From an uncultured bacterium (GTDB taxonomy: Bacteria; CSSED10-310; CAZUFC01), in contig CAZUFC010000008.1 of assembly GCA_964619725.1 (NCBI GenBank), positions 1-64,000 on the forward strand: 64,000 nucleotides of DNA, given 5' to 3'. This document shows, one piece after another, positions 9,779-21,070 of the stretch. Below the pieces are notes generated by a model. It was not told the origin of the DNA. It did no database searches and worked only from the letters and a program-made list of their open reading frames with translations. The translations under genes were made by a program, and so were the position numbers. The stretch's first letter is position 1; the number at the start of each line of letters is the position of its first letter.

Positions 9779-12151
9779 TTAAGCATTGATCTTTTTCAAG
9801 CTTTCGTTGATCATGGATTTCAGTTCGGGGTTCCTGGTCTTTTTCTTCTGGTCCTCCAGTTCATTCAGGCTGGCCTTGATGTTCATATTGCCTAAAGCCT
9901 GTATGACCAGTTTTTTCTGTTCGATGGTTTTGGCTTTGGAAAAGAGCGTTTCTTTTTTATTCAGGATTTCCCGGAAGAATTTCATGGCGAAAACCGTATC
10001 TTTTCTGTTTGCAACGCTGATTCTTCCGATGGTTTCGATCATTCTGGCAGAGAAATCCGGGTCTTTATCCGATATTTGCTGATGGTCACGATAGACCTCC
10101 GCCAATTTTTCCGTGCTCCCTGAAGGTTTGAGCAGGTTAATGACTTTGAAGGTTTCGAATCTGACCTGTTCATGATCATCGATGACGGAGTTGATCAATT
10201 CGCCGGCCAGGTCTTCCTGGACGTTCGGTTTGAGTTCTTCCCATTTGTTTTCACAGAGCAGGCCGATGGTCCTGACGGCCTCTTTTCTGACTTGCCAGAC
10301 CATATCGGTCAGCAGGGGTATGATTTTTTCGATTATTTCCAGGGAGCCTATTTTCTGAAGGATAATGAGGAGGTTTCTTCGATAATGCCAATTAGGGTGA
10401 TCGAGATTCTTCAATATATGCGGAATAAACATATCGCCCAGTTTTTCGATTTTATGTATGGTTGCGACTCTTTCCTTCCGCACGGGATTGACGATCTCAT
10501 TAAACAGATCATCCAGGCCTTTACCCTGGATCATTTCCACACGGGCGTTCTGCATGCTGTCTTTCAGCAGCAACGGCGTTTTATCCGAATTGATCAATTC
10601 TCCGAGTTTATCATAGAATTTTTTCAGATTCTCCCACTCCGCCTTGGCCGTTAACTGCTTTCCCAGGTCGATCAGCAAATCGATAATTAAATATGTCGAG
10701 GGCGTCGTTTTCGGACTCGATTCAAGCAGATTCAAAAGATGATATTGCACGCTCAATATATCGTCCAACTCGGCTTTATAAAGAAGAAGCTTGTTGCCTT
10801 CTATTACTCTCGACCGTAAAGGCTTATGTATTTTCTGCGGAAGGTCTTCTTTCTGAAGGAAAGCGATCACGGCATTAAAAAATTCCCACCAGGCGTCCCT
10901 GTCTTCATACTGATAAAGATGTTCGATAAGACGGTCCAGGGTTTCGGTTATTTCGAGCCTCAGATTCTGATCAGACAATGAACTCTCCAGAAGGTTCAAA
11001 AGAGCGATCATGATCGAAACGCCTTTCTCTATTTCGCCGTTCTGGATAATCAGTTCCGTGACGTTTTCGATTTCGTGACGGAAACATGAAAACTGATCGC
11101 CCAAATCCGTGATCAAATTTCTAAACGAGGATATCGATTCATTAAAACTCGCAGAACCGATCTCATTAGGATTCGCCTGGATCATGTTCGTAAGGTAATT
11201 CATGCTTTCCGTCAATTCCGTGTCCAGACTGCTGCACGTCGCTATGCAGTCGTATCGGAGCAATATTTCTGAAACAAGATTGACGTCATTTAATTCACGC
11301 CAGTTGAAACGTTTCAGATTTCCTTCTACCGAAACAGGCAACTGATTGAAACGATTCAGCGTCTCCTCCGGAAACCCCTTTATCAAATGGGAAATAATGG
11401 CCGCATCCTTCTCCCAGGACCTCTCCTTATATAGTTCTTCTATTATGGCCGCCACGCGAATCGAAACTTCTCTCGCCGTCGTATCCCAGAATTTTGAAAC
11501 ATTGTTATGCTCTTCATTACTGGCTGAAATCAGAACTTCCGATACAAGAATATTCATGCACCGCTCCGTTGATACCCTTAAAAGCTCCCTTATCGTAGGC
11601 CGGATGTCGTCCCGTTCCTGCTGGTTTAAATCCCCTGCAAAAAAATGGAAAATAAATCCGTCGTCGTTATGTCCCGCCAAAGAGCTTAAATGCAACGTAT
11701 TGATCCTTATCCTCAATACCTTCCTGGATTCCAGAAGCTTATAAAGTCCTCCTCTCAGGTCCCTGTCTTCCGGGTCCTGCGACAGCACCTCGAAGAATCC
11801 CGCCGCTTCTTCTTTTGCTAAACCGTTGATGAACGTGATGTTATCTACATCGTTTCTCGACATCGTTTCGTTGAACTTCTTGTAAAGCTGCGAACGAAAA
11901 GTCGGCGGCAGAGGTTTTTCATTGGCGAACAAACGTCCGTCGACTCGCGTCAGATTTACGAATCCGTTGAGAAAATCATAGTTCTCCATAAGCTTAACCA
12001 ATGTAAAATAAGCCTTATTCGTAATCTGAGTCACGAGAGGATGCGTAAGAGGATAAATTTCATAATACTTGATCCCTGCATCAATGTCCCTCATCAGCTC
12101 ATCAATTTCTTTTATAAAATGCTCTTGGAGTTCTGGAGATTGTTCTTTCAT
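9779..12151 (-). CDS. Large alpha-helical HEAT-repeat protein
   Basis: C-terminal HEAT-like repeats (LDHPNWHYRRN, LLTDMVWQVRKEAVRTIG); N-terminal YPxxHP motif. Confidence 0.7.
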   Translation of the reverse strand: MKEQSPELQEHFIKEIDELMRDIDAGIKYYEIYPLTHPLVTQITNKAYFTLVKLMENYDFLNGFVNLTRVDGRLFANEKPLPPTFRSQLYKKFNETMSRNDVDNITFINGLAKEEAAGFFEVLSQDPEDRDLRGGLYKLLESRKVLRIRINTLHLSSLAGHNDDGFIFHFFAGDLNQQERDDIRPTIRELLRVSTERCMNILVSEVLISASNEEHNNVSKFWDTTAREVSIRVAAIIEELYKERSWEKDAAIISHLIKGFPEETLNRFNQLPVSVEGNLKRFNWRELNDVNLVSEILLRYDCIATCSSLDTELTESMNYLTNMIQANPNEIGSASFNESISSFRNLITDLGDQFSCFRHEIENVTELIIQNGEIEKGVSIMIALLNLLESSLSDQNLRLEITETLDRLIEHLYQYEDRDAWWEFFNAVIAFLQKEDLPQKIHKPLRSRVIEGNKLLLYKAELDDILSVQYHLLNLLESSPKTTPSTYLIIDLLIDLGKQLTAKAEWENLKKFYDKLGELINSDKTPLLLKDSMQNARVEMIQGKGLDDLFNEIVNPVRKERVATIHKIEKLGDMFIPHILKNLDHPNWHYRRNLLIILQKIGSLEIIEKIIPLLTDMVWQVRKEAVRTIGLLCENKWEELKPNVQEDLAGELINSVIDDHEQVRFETFKVINLLKPSGSTEKLAEVYRDHQQISDKDPDFSARMIETIGRISVANRKDTVFAMKFFREILNKKETLFSKAKTIEQKKLVIQALGNMNIKASLNELEDQKKKTRNPELKSMINESLKKINA

Positions 12152-12272
12152 CGTTTTCCTCCGATGATTTTTTATTATTATATTATTAATTTCCAGAAAA
12201 ACAAAGCTTTATTCGCGTCCGTTGGAATCCATGCGCCGGAGAACATCGTTCCGCCTTTGGATATAACCCGTA

Positions 12273-13379
12273 ATGCTGCTTTTACGACCGGACAAGGGTA
12301 TATTTCGGGGAAACCGGAATAATCCTTTGTTTTTCTCCCCGCTTCTGGTTATACTTCGTGCGACGCGACAGGAGGAGCAAGAAATCGTGATCCCATCAAA
12401 GCTGAAAAACAAGTTTCTGACGGCGATAATACTGGGTGCCGTCGTTTTCCTGGGGTTGGCCGTTTACGGCGATTGGAAAGACATCCTTGAGTGCGCGGAT
12501 TACTTTCAATGGAGCATGTTGATACCGGTGCTTTTTTTGGCTTTCATGAATTACATCGTCAGATTTTTCAAATGGCATTATTATATTCGACTCCTGAATA
12601 TCGGTATTCCCAAAATGGTCAGTCTGAAAATATTTTTCTCAGGACTCATCATGTCGATATCTCCGGGGAAATTCGGGGAAGTGTTGAAATCTTACCTGCT
12701 GAAGAAGTCCGATGGAACTCCGATAAGCGTATCCGCTCCTGTGGTGGCTGCAGAGCGATTTACTGATTTCATTTCTCTTTTGATACTGGCCATGTTCGGC
12801 GTCGTTTCGTTCAGGTATGGAGCGCCGGTTTTCATACTGGGAATAAGCATTGTTGTTTTTATACTGGTATGCGTGGGCAACCGGCGTCTGGCATCGGTCA
12901 TAGTTAAGTTGATGCGTAAAGTGCCGTTGATAGACCGGTTTGGAGATCGGCTGGAGACCGCGTATGAAAGCATGTATTTAATGGTCAGGCCTGCGCCGCT
13001 GACGATAGCCACGGCGGTCAGCGTTCTTGCCTGGTTTTGCGAATGTCTGGGTTTTTATCTGGTGCTGGTGGGATTGAACATTACTGATATCAGCTTGTAT
13101 CAGGCGACCTTCATTTATTCCATTTCAACGATTGCGGGCGCCCTGACCATGCTTCCGGGCGGCATTGGATTAACTGAAATAGGCATGACGGGACTTTTGC
13201 GGCAATATGGAGCAGCAAAGTCTCCGGCGGCATCCGCTACCATCATCATCAGGATTTGCACATTATGGTTCGCCGTCCTGGTGGGAATAGCCGCGCTTTC
13301 AATCTACCAAAGGAATTTGAGAAAATCAGGAAAAGATTTGAAAGATTACGGCAATCTTGATAAAAATAATGAATTATGA
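12273..13379 (+). CDS. Lysylphosphatidylglycerol synthase TM / flippase-like membrane protein (UPF0104)
   Basis: RFFKW, SPGKFGEVLK, ERFTD and LPGGIGLTE plus many TM helices. The likely true start is GTG at 12387, after GGAGGAG. Confidence 0.8.
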   Translation: MLLLRPDKGIFRGNRNNPLFFSPLLVILRATRQEEQEIVIPSKLKNKFLTAIILGAVVFLGLAVYGDWKDILECADYFQWSMLIPVLFLAFMNYIVRFFKWHYYIRLLNIGIPKMVSLKIFFSGLIMSISPGKFGEVLKSYLLKKSDGTPISVSAPVVAAERFTDFISLLILAMFGVVSFRYGAPVFILGISIVVFILVCVGNRRLASVIVKLMRKVPLIDRFGDRLETAYESMYLMVRPAPLTIATAVSVLAWFCECLGFYLVLVGLNITDISLYQATFIYSISTIAGALTMLPGGIGLTEIGMTGLLRQYGAAKSPAASATIIIRICTLWFAVLVGIAALSIYQRNLRKSGKDLKDYGNLDKNNEL

Positions 13380-13471
13380 ACACAAAAGAAAGAAAGAAAA
13401 TTTTTTTTGACAGTTTTTTCAAGGAGAAACTGTTATTTTAGGGAAAATGCTGTTGTGAAAAGAGTCGCACG

Positions 13472-14338
13472 ATGATTATCAGGCATTACGCTAAATCGGA
13501 TATCGGCAAAAAACGGAAAAGAAACGAGGATAAATATCGTATAAGCGACGATGGACGATTGTTTTTGATTGCAGACGGCATGGGTGGGCATTCCGGGGGT
13601 GAAATCGCCAGTAAAATAGCCGTTGATACGATAGCTGCTTTCATTGACAGAACCAGAGACGACGATGAAATAACCTGGCCTTACGAATTTCATGAAAGGC
13701 TTCCCGAACCGGCCGGAAAATTGAAAACGGCCATTCTTCTCGCCAATCAGAAGATATATGAGTTGTCGCAGGAGAAGGAAAGTTTGGGCGGAATGGGAAC
13801 GACCATCGTAGCCGGGTTCATTCAAAATGATTTCATTTATATCGCTAATGTAGGCGACAGCCGCGCCTATCTGATTCGAGATGAAAGCATAAGTTTATTG
13901 ACGACAGATCATTCGTGGGTGAACGTTCAGATCAAGTTAGGCCGTCTGAGCGAGGAGGAAGCGAGGCATCATCCGTTAAGAAACATCATTACGAGGGCTT
14001 TAGGCACGAAAAATGATGTGGATGTTGATCTGGTCATTGAACCTTTGAACGACGGAGACATTATTTTGCTCTGTACCGACGGTCTGACAGCGGAGTCGGA
14101 TGATGAAGAAATAAAAAACATTATTCTCTCCGCCGGCGGCGATCTGGAACAGGGAACGGATAAGCTTATTGAAATGGCTAATAATAAAGGAGGCGACGAC
14201 AACATAACGGTGATAGTGATACATTATTTTTCGGAAGATACGGACCGAAACGGACAAAATCCGGCAAACGGGAGCAGAAGCGCACCCGGCGATGCGGGTC
14301 TCGTTCGGCAGGAACCGCTGGATAACCAGGATCGTTGA
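13472..14338 (+). CDS. PP2C-family Ser/Thr protein phosphatase (Stp1/PrpC-like)
   Basis: RKRNED, IADGMGGH, MGTT, NVGDSRAY, LCTDGL and GGDDNITV. Confidence 0.95.
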   Translation: MIIRHYAKSDIGKKRKRNEDKYRISDDGRLFLIADGMGGHSGGEIASKIAVDTIAAFIDRTRDDDEITWPYEFHERLPEPAGKLKTAILLANQKIYELSQEKESLGGMGTTIVAGFIQNDFIYIANVGDSRAYLIRDESISLLTTDHSWVNVQIKLGRLSEEEARHHPLRNIITRALGTKNDVDVDLVIEPLNDGDIILLCTDGLTAESDDEEIKNIILSAGGDLEQGTDKLIEMANNKGGDDNITVIVIHYFSEDTDRNGQNPANGSRSAPGDAGLVRQEPLDNQDR

Positions 14339-14407
14339 GACCGGAAATTCATCAATGAAATTATATGCAATTGTTTACGAAGATGCGGTTTCGACGAATA
14401 CAGGATA

Positions 14408-15166
14408 ATGAGATCGAACATGATGAATTCAAATTTAAAATTTCAGGGCAGGCTGGAAGACATAGCATTTCTTGAGGTAATGGGGATGATCGCTGATTAC
14501 GGCGCTTCGGGACATTTGAACATGAGGACGGAGGCGTTTGAAGCGAACATATGGTTTAAAAAAGGACGCACTATTTTTGCTGATACGAATTCACCGGAAG
14601 ACAGCATATCGGGAATTCTCATAAAATTGGGAAAAAAAGGGAACGACAGCGAAGAGCTTGAGGGCGGACCGGATAAAATTTCTTTGGAGAAGCGAATAAA
14701 GCATAATTTTGATCTGAGCCGAAAGCTGATAAAACAAAATGTTCTGACCGCCAAGGAACTGATAAACGTTCAACGTTGCCGTACGCTTCAGATAATTTAC
14801 CGGTTGGCTGTTCAAAAAGAGGGCGATGTGTATTTTCTGCCGTGCGATCCGAACGATGCCGGATTCATAAGCATCAATATGGATTCTTTCGACGTCATTC
14901 TGGAGATCGTCCGATACGGTTTGCCTGAAGAATATTTGACGGAGTTTTTCAAGAAAGATACCGTCATTGCGGAAATAAAAAAAGAAAAACAAAGCCGGTT
15001 CAAAGAATTGAATCTCACTCAGGGCGAACTCCTCGTTTATCATCTCATAAACGGAAAAAGGGATATCGGGAAGCTCGTTTCAATTTCTCCTCTCGGGCGA
15101 TTAAATACTTTGAAAATAATAATAAGCATGTTTTTTTTGGGAATTATACGAATTAAGGAGAGTTAG
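14408..15166 (+). CDS. DUF4388 (PATAN-like) domain protein
   Basis: FQGRLEDIAFLEV...SG.L...IWFKKG N-terminal pattern; C-terminal LINGKRDI..L helix-turn-helix-like tail. Confidence 0.7.
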   Translation: MRSNMMNSNLKFQGRLEDIAFLEVMGMIADYGASGHLNMRTEAFEANIWFKKGRTIFADTNSPEDSISGILIKLGKKGNDSEELEGGPDKISLEKRIKHNFDLSRKLIKQNVLTAKELINVQRCRTLQIIYRLAVQKEGDVYFLPCDPNDAGFISINMDSFDVILEIVRYGLPEEYLTEFFKKDTVIAEIKKEKQSRFKELNLTQGELLVYHLINGKRDIGKLVSISPLGRLNTLKIIISMFFLGIIRIKES

Positions 15167-15172
15167 AAAAAG

Positions 15173-16522
15173 ATGGAGAGCGATTCCATGTCAACAGAAA
15201 AGAATTTATCGGGTAAGGCGCGAAGACTCATAGAAGACTTTAAAAAGCGTGAAGCGACCGCAGTGGTTATAGGCATTGGATATGTGGGATTGCCGTTAGC
15301 TGTTGAGATGTGCAAGGCAGGCTTCACAGTCGCCGGGGTGGATGTTGATGAAAGCAAAGTGAAGCGGATTAACGCCGGTAAGAGCTATATTCTTGACGTC
15401 AGGGAAGAGGATATAAAGGAATTGCTGAAAACGAACCGTTTTCATGCCGTGAGCGATTTTGGGGTCATAGAGCGAGCTAAGGCTATCAGCATATGCGTGC
15501 CGACGCCTTTACGAAAAACGAAAGACCCTGACATTTCTTACATAGTGGATGCCGTTGATCGTATCATAAGATATTCGGTCGATTCCAAGCTCATCGTTCT
15601 TGAAAGCACTACGTATCCGGGGACGACAGAGGAGATCGTTCTGGAAAAATTGAAGAAGAACGGATTAAGAGTAGGTCATGATTTTTTTCTGGCGTTTTCA
15701 CCGGAAAGAGTCGATCCCGGGAACATGACGTACGGCATAAAGAATACGCCCAAGGTTATCGGCGGCATTACAAACGAGTGCACGGACGTGGCGAAGGCGT
15801 TTTACGAGCAATTTATCGATGAGGTCGTTCCGGTTTCGTCCGCTCGTACGGCGGAAATGGTCAAATTGCTCGAAAATACTTTCCGGGCGGTCAACATTGC
15901 TCTGGCCAACGAAGCAGCCTTAATGTGCGACAAGTTGGACCTAGACGTCTGGGAGGTATTGATAGGGGCTTCGTCCAAGCCGTTCGGGTATATGCCGTTT
16001 TATCCCGGACCGGGGTTGGGAGGTCATTGTCTGCCGATAGACCCCTATTACCTCTCCTGGAAACTAAGGACCCTTGACTATCACTCCCGCTTCATCGAAA
16101 TGGCCCAGGCGATTAATGCGCAAATGCCCGGACATGTGCTCAGCAAAATCAACGACGGGTTGAATCTCTATAAAAAAAGCATCAACGGTTCAAAAATTCT
16201 CGTACTGGGTCTGACATATAAAAAAGACGTTAACGACATAAGGGAATCGCCCGCCCTGGATATTATCAGTTTGCTGATGAACAGAGGCGCCGAAGTCCTT
16301 TATAACGATCCCTATGTTAGCGAATTGGACGAAGCCGGCATAGTTCTCGAATCGCAGGAACTCAAACCTGCGCTGTTGCGCGGTCTGGACGCCCTGGTCA
16401 TAACCACGGACCATTCAAGTTACGATTATGAAATGATCGTGAAAAATTCTCGATTGATCATAGATACGAGGAATGCGATAAAGGGCATTAACTGCGGCGA
16501 ATGCAAGATCATCAGCATTTAA
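15173..16522 (+). CDS. Nucleotide-sugar (UDP-GlcNAc/ManNAc) 6-dehydrogenase, WbpA/WecC family
   Basis: GIGYVG Rossmann motif, CVPTP, ESTTYPGTT, SPERVDPG, GGHCLPIDP and DIRESP. Confidence 0.93.
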   Translation: MESDSMSTEKNLSGKARRLIEDFKKREATAVVIGIGYVGLPLAVEMCKAGFTVAGVDVDESKVKRINAGKSYILDVREEDIKELLKTNRFHAVSDFGVIERAKAISICVPTPLRKTKDPDISYIVDAVDRIIRYSVDSKLIVLESTTYPGTTEEIVLEKLKKNGLRVGHDFFLAFSPERVDPGNMTYGIKNTPKVIGGITNECTDVAKAFYEQFIDEVVPVSSARTAEMVKLLENTFRAVNIALANEAALMCDKLDLDVWEVLIGASSKPFGYMPFYPGPGLGGHCLPIDPYYLSWKLRTLDYHSRFIEMAQAINAQMPGHVLSKINDGLNLYKKSINGSKILVLGLTYKKDVNDIRESPALDIISLLMNRGAEVLYNDPYVSELDEAGIVLESQELKPALLRGLDALVITTDHSSYDYEMIVKNSRLIIDTRNAIKGINCGECKIISI

Positions 16523-18969
16523 AAATAAGCATGCATGCCGAATGAAGGCAGAAGCGGCAGTCCGTACATTTCCTCTTTTTCCGTATAATCTTCGTTATAA
16601 TCGTAACTGAAAACGTTATCGCGATTGTACAGATTAATTATATCCACATAAAACAGCCATTTGACCCGGGCGGATTCGACTTCATAGTTGACCCGCATAT
16701 CCAGGCGGTGATAGGCCGGATAATGTTCGGAGTATCTGAGATGTTCCGGGTCTTCGCGCTGATAGGTAAACCATTCGCCTTCCTCCGGTTCAAAACGGCC
16801 GTCTTCGTCCAGGTCCTCGACGACTCTGATCACTTTGGAAACCGGAGTATATGGAAATCCGTCATTCAGACGCCATTTGAAGGAGATATTCCAATGTTCA
16901 GAGAACCGGTATCCTCCCATGAGTGTGACAGAATAGCGTTGCTGGTATCGTGCCGGCCGGTAATCGTAAAAGACTGATCGCTGTTCCGTCCTGGATAAGC
17001 CTAAACCGGCCATTCCCCAGTAAGGCCTGTCGTTTCCCTCCATAAGAGTAAAAGTTGTTTCCGCCCCCAGCGCCCTGCCTTCAACCGTATTTTCCGGAAT
17101 GAACGTATACCTTTCACGGGTGAAATATTCCGTCTCGTCTTCAGGCGTTAAAATGAGTATCGTTTCCTGTTCCCGGCCGGATTGGAGCATATCGTCCAAT
17201 TTTTTGTAATACCCGTCCACCGCGATTTTCCAGCCGTTGAGCGAGTCAAACGAAGCGCCCAGCAAATAATGGACGGCTTTTTCCGGTTTCAGTTTCAGTT
17301 CTTTAATACCGCTCAGGTCCAGGAAATAACCGTCACCCTGCAGAGTTTCATAACTGGGAAATTGTTTATATATTCCCCAGGCCGCCCTGAAAACAAGACG
17401 GTCGTCAGGCTTATAGGATAAGCCCAATCGGGGACTCCAGGCGCTCATGCCCGACAAATCCGAATGATCCCATCGTAAACCGCTTCTCACAGTGAATTTT
17501 TCGCCGATATCAAAGGCATCCTGGACGAACGCTCCCATCTTTCTGAAGTTCTGCTCCATACCGAAATTTTCCAGGAACTCCGGTATGCGGAATCTCGGGT
17601 CCTCCGACAGAAGCTTGAACTGCACGTCGTTCCGGCTTAACGCATAGGACAGGCCCGTCATGAAGGTATGACCGCCTAACTGATAATGCAACTTGGAACT
17701 CGCCGTATAAACCGTACTGATCAGATTCTGAGACAAATTGGTCTCATAATCCGTCTCGCCTTCCAGATAATCCACGCTGCTGGTCTGACTGTTGTGAGTC
17801 CGGGACAGGACATACTCTATTATAACGTCTTCCGAAATTACGCTTTCTCCCTGAATGCCGTAAACAGTGTCTCGCTGCGCATCGTTCAGATCGAATTGGT
17901 CGTTGTTCTCCTCATCATCCCATTCCCCGTCTGTTTTTTCCCGGCATCCGATAATCGTTGAAGTGAACCGGTGATTTCCGGAAGGCTCAAAGTAAAGACG
18001 CGCCTGGATGTCGCTGAAAGAGGGATAGGAATTTGAGCCGGATTCTTCGAGTTGTTCGAGAAGCAGATCATAATATGTTCTTCTGAAGGAAAAAAGCCAA
18101 CTGGCCGGAAATTTCAAGGGTATCGCTCCTTCCGTTACAAGATTGGTGTTGGTCAAACTCAGGTTCGCACTGCCTGCAAGAAGCTTATCCGTAACTCCAT
18201 GACGGTTTTCGACATCAATTACCGCTGACAGGCGATCTCCGTATTGTGCGTCGAAACCGCCGGGATAAAGCATGATCGAATCCAGCAACTCCGGATTAAA
18301 AAGAGTCGTCAAACCGAAAAGCCTGTATGGATCATAAATCGGTATGCCGTCCAGGTATATGCCGTTCTGATCGGGACGGCCTCCCCTGACGTATAATCGC
18401 GACGTAAAATCATTCGTCGAAAATACTCCCGGCAAATACTGAAGACTGCTTAACGCATCCTCGCCGGCCCCAGGAATCTTCTTCACCTCCTCAGGTTCGA
18501 TTTCCTTCACCGTCGCCGCCTCTAACGCTCTATTACCCAGCGTTACCACTTCCTCCGTCATATGTTCAATCGGGTAGAGACGAATCTCAAATGGAGAACG
18601 CACTTCTGAAAAGTCATTCCAGACAGTACGATATGTCTTGAATCCCTCTTTTCTCGCTTCAATCCAAACCGGAAATGTCGCTTCTTTCAAAACAACCTTG
18701 AAATAACCAGTCTTGTCAGCAGCGAATTTCTTTCCGTTTACTTTGATTTGAGCTCCCGCTAAACTGTATTCCGTATCCGCTATGAATGTTTTTCCCGTAA
18801 TGATCAGCTTATTGCCGCCTTCCTCCGCCGGAAAGCCATCCGCTATACCGCTGAAATACAACAGCGCCGGAATGATCGCCATGATCGACATTATCGCTTT
18901 CTTTATTCCGCCACGGTTTATATGCATTTTAGTTTCGCTCCTCATTGCCTGCAAAAAAATATAATTCAA
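16519..18969 (-). CDS. TonB-dependent receptor with N-terminal carboxypeptidase-regulatory-like domain
   Basis: Plug motifs LPGV, YVRGGRPDQN..YLDG and GGFDAQYGDRLSAVID; beta-barrel; C-terminal Phe. The true start is probably later. Confidence 0.9.
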   Translation of the reverse strand: MNYIFLQAMRSETKMHINRGGIKKAIMSIMAIIPALLYFSGIADGFPAEEGGNKLIITGKTFIADTEYSLAGAQIKVNGKKFAADKTGYFKVVLKEATFPVWIEARKEGFKTYRTVWNDFSEVRSPFEIRLYPIEHMTEEVVTLGNRALEAATVKEIEPEEVKKIPGAGEDALSSLQYLPGVFSTNDFTSRLYVRGGRPDQNGIYLDGIPIYDPYRLFGLTTLFNPELLDSIMLYPGGFDAQYGDRLSAVIDVENRHGVTDKLLAGSANLSLTNTNLVTEGAIPLKFPASWLFSFRRTYYDLLLEQLEESGSNSYPSFSDIQARLYFEPSGNHRFTSTIIGCREKTDGEWDDEENNDQFDLNDAQRDTVYGIQGESVISEDVIIEYVLSRTHNSQTSSVDYLEGETDYETNLSQNLISTVYTASSKLHYQLGGHTFMTGLSYALSRNDVQFKLLSEDPRFRIPEFLENFGMEQNFRKMGAFVQDAFDIGEKFTVRSGLRWDHSDLSGMSAWSPRLGLSYKPDDRLVFRAAWGIYKQFPSYETLQGDGYFLDLSGIKELKLKPEKAVHYLLGASFDSLNGWKIAVDGYYKKLDDMLQSGREQETILILTPEDETEYFTRERYTFIPENTVEGRALGAETTFTLMEGNDRPYWGMAGLGLSRTEQRSVFYDYRPARYQQRYSVTLMGGYRFSEHWNISFKWRLNDGFPYTPVSKVIRVVEDLDEDGRFEPEEGEWFTYQREDPEHLRYSEHYPAYHRLDMRVNYEVESARVKWLFYVDIINLYNRDNVFSYDYNEDYTEKEEMYGLPLLPSFGMHAYF

Positions 18970-19346
18970 TGGAAAACATTTTCGATGATCAACGCCTCAG
19001 AAGCATTTTCGTCAGTCCTGCTTAACGGAAACGACCCCGAAAGGCGAGGCGCTTCCGTTTGAAGAGCAAGGAACATGCCGGCTTGAAAAGCCTGCGGGTT
19101 TAATAGACCGAATTGTTTCCGCATTGCTTGCGCTTGCCCTACTGTAACGGTACTGAGGAATACAATTCAATTCTATATGAGTTTAAAGAGAATGGCGAAA
19201 CAGTGAAAAGACAATTCAGGAGTGAAAGAAAAACATAGCGCCATTTTGTCGATTGATTATTCAATTTCAATGTATGAGTGTTACTTGGTCTCCTCAGGAT
19301 TGAGACCTTTGTTGTTAAAGTCGTTTTACAGGATATTTCGAAGAAT

Positions 19347-19847
19347 TCAGGATTCGAAATCAGCCGGTTTGATTTTATCCAACCAATCTTCGATTTTCTG
19401 TGAATAAGCGTCGCTCTTTCTTTTTTCTTTCTTGCTCCAGTCCATTTTAACCGCTAATCGCTCGAATACGGCTTCGTTGACGAATATGGGCGCTCCCGTT
19501 CTTACGGCTATTGCTATGGCGTTGCTTGGGAGAGCATCCAGAGTAATTTTCCTGCTCTTGGATTTAAGAAATATCTTGGCGAAATAACTGTCGTTTTTAA
19601 AATCGTCAACCAGTATTTTTATCACTTCAGCATCAAAACCGTCCAATACGGATTTAATCAGATCAAAAGTATGCGGACGCAGGAAATTCTGATGATTGAG
19701 TTGATGAAAAACCGCAATGGTTTCCCATGCGCCGGCAACCATGGGAATAACCTTGTCGGAATGAGGATCGATCAGGGTGATGATGCCCGAATTCGATTGC
19801 TGATCAAATCCTAATATTCCGACTTTAACTTCACGCTCTTTTTTCAC
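19347..19847 (-). CDS. Bifunctional nuclease family protein (DUF151)
   Basis: RPHTFDL, YFAKIFL and DALPSNAIAIAVR..APIFV. Confidence 0.85.
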   Translation of the reverse strand: MKKEREVKVGILGFDQQSNSGIITLIDPHSDKVIPMVAGAWETIAVFHQLNHQNFLRPHTFDLIKSVLDGFDAEVIKILVDDFKNDSYFAKIFLKSKSRKITLDALPSNAIAIAVRTGAPIFVNEAVFERLAVKMDWSKKEKRKSDAYSQKIEDWLDKIKPADFES

Positions 19848-19861
19848 GATATCGACCCCTT

Positions 19862-20872
19862 TCAGGGTAATAATCTTTTTGAGAGGTTAAAAGGCAATTT
19901 ATATAAACTGTTTTCGCCTGCAATGACGAAGGCTCCCGCAGGTGCGAAAGCCAGGCCTGTCAGATCGGTGCCTGCTACGATGTGTCTTATGTTTTTTTTG
20001 GCCGATACCTTGTAAATGCCGCCCTCGCCCTTCAATATTCCGCATACGTATAAATTACCGGCTTGATCAAAGAGAATTCCCCTGGCCCTGTCGAAAACCT
20101 CTAAAAATACCGAAATTCTGCCGTTCTTATCGATCCGGTAAACAGGATCGCGATTGCTCATTGACGGGGATGTGACGAACAGCGTACCGTCCGGATGAAC
20201 AGCCAGATGATAGGAGCTCATGGAAGCAGACAATTGAGCGAACTGAGATATATTTCCTGAAGCGTCTATTCTGAGAATCTTACCGGTTCTGTCTCCTACA
20301 AAAATGTTTTTATATTCATCCATCGCTATGCCCGTCGCTATTCCCAGGTCATTCGCTATTACTTCCTTTTTGCCTTTGGCATCCAGTCGCAGCAACCGGC
20401 CCGATCTCCGGCTCGTTACGTAAAGAAAATCATCTTTGAACAGCAATCCGGTGGGGTCTGAAACGTCAGGAGCGAATGTTTGCGTAACGCCCGAAGGACT
20501 TATCCTGGATATCGAAGCATCGGAGGACTGACTTCCCTTTTTCAGAAAAGTTGAATATACGTTTCCCTTTTTGTCCACTGCAGGATTGCTCAGAGCAAAT
20601 AATCTGGCGGCGATCTCCCGTCCGAACTTGATCGAATATCGATCACACGGCTTTTTATCCAACCTTAAAATTATATTTCCGTTGCGAGCCTTTTCAGGTA
20701 TGCGAACCATGATTAAATCATGCCGGGCCATGTGAATCCGGGCTCGCTTTTCTCCAATTATAAGACTGAATTTTGCCGCATCTTCAGGAGCCGCCCCCTT
20801 GCAGCGAATACGGATAATACTTGTGGGCAATGCCGCGTTAGGTTCAACCTTCGTTATTCTGACAGACTCCAA
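19862..20872 (-). CDS. IPT/TIG-like + beta-propeller (SMP-30/gluconolactonase/NHL-like) protein
   Basis: Repeated GxAxDxxGNxYV propeller blades after an Ig-like N-terminus. Confidence 0.7.
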   Translation of the reverse strand: MESVRITKVEPNAALPTSIIRIRCKGAAPEDAAKFSLIIGEKRARIHMARHDLIMVRIPEKARNGNIILRLDKKPCDRYSIKFGREIAARLFALSNPAVDKKGNVYSTFLKKGSQSSDASISRISPSGVTQTFAPDVSDPTGLLFKDDFLYVTSRRSGRLLRLDAKGKKEVIANDLGIATGIAMDEYKNIFVGDRTGKILRIDASGNISQFAQLSASMSSYHLAVHPDGTLFVTSPSMSNRDPVYRIDKNGRISVFLEVFDRARGILFDQAGNLYVCGILKGEGGIYKVSAKKNIRHIVAGTDLTGLAFAPAGAFVIAGENSLYKLPFNLSKRLLP

Positions 20873-21070
20873 AAATCCCCTCCGTATCCATACGATGAAA
20901 AACTATCAAGCATGAAAAATTCATGTCAAGAGATTGAGCATAATTCAAATTGCTTATTTAATCTCTTCTATTAGTTCGATGTGAATTTTGATTCCGACTT
21001 TGAACAGGCTGACGCGGCATAACGCGGGACAAAAAAAAACGTTTTTCCGTCACCCTTACAACCTCTGTTT

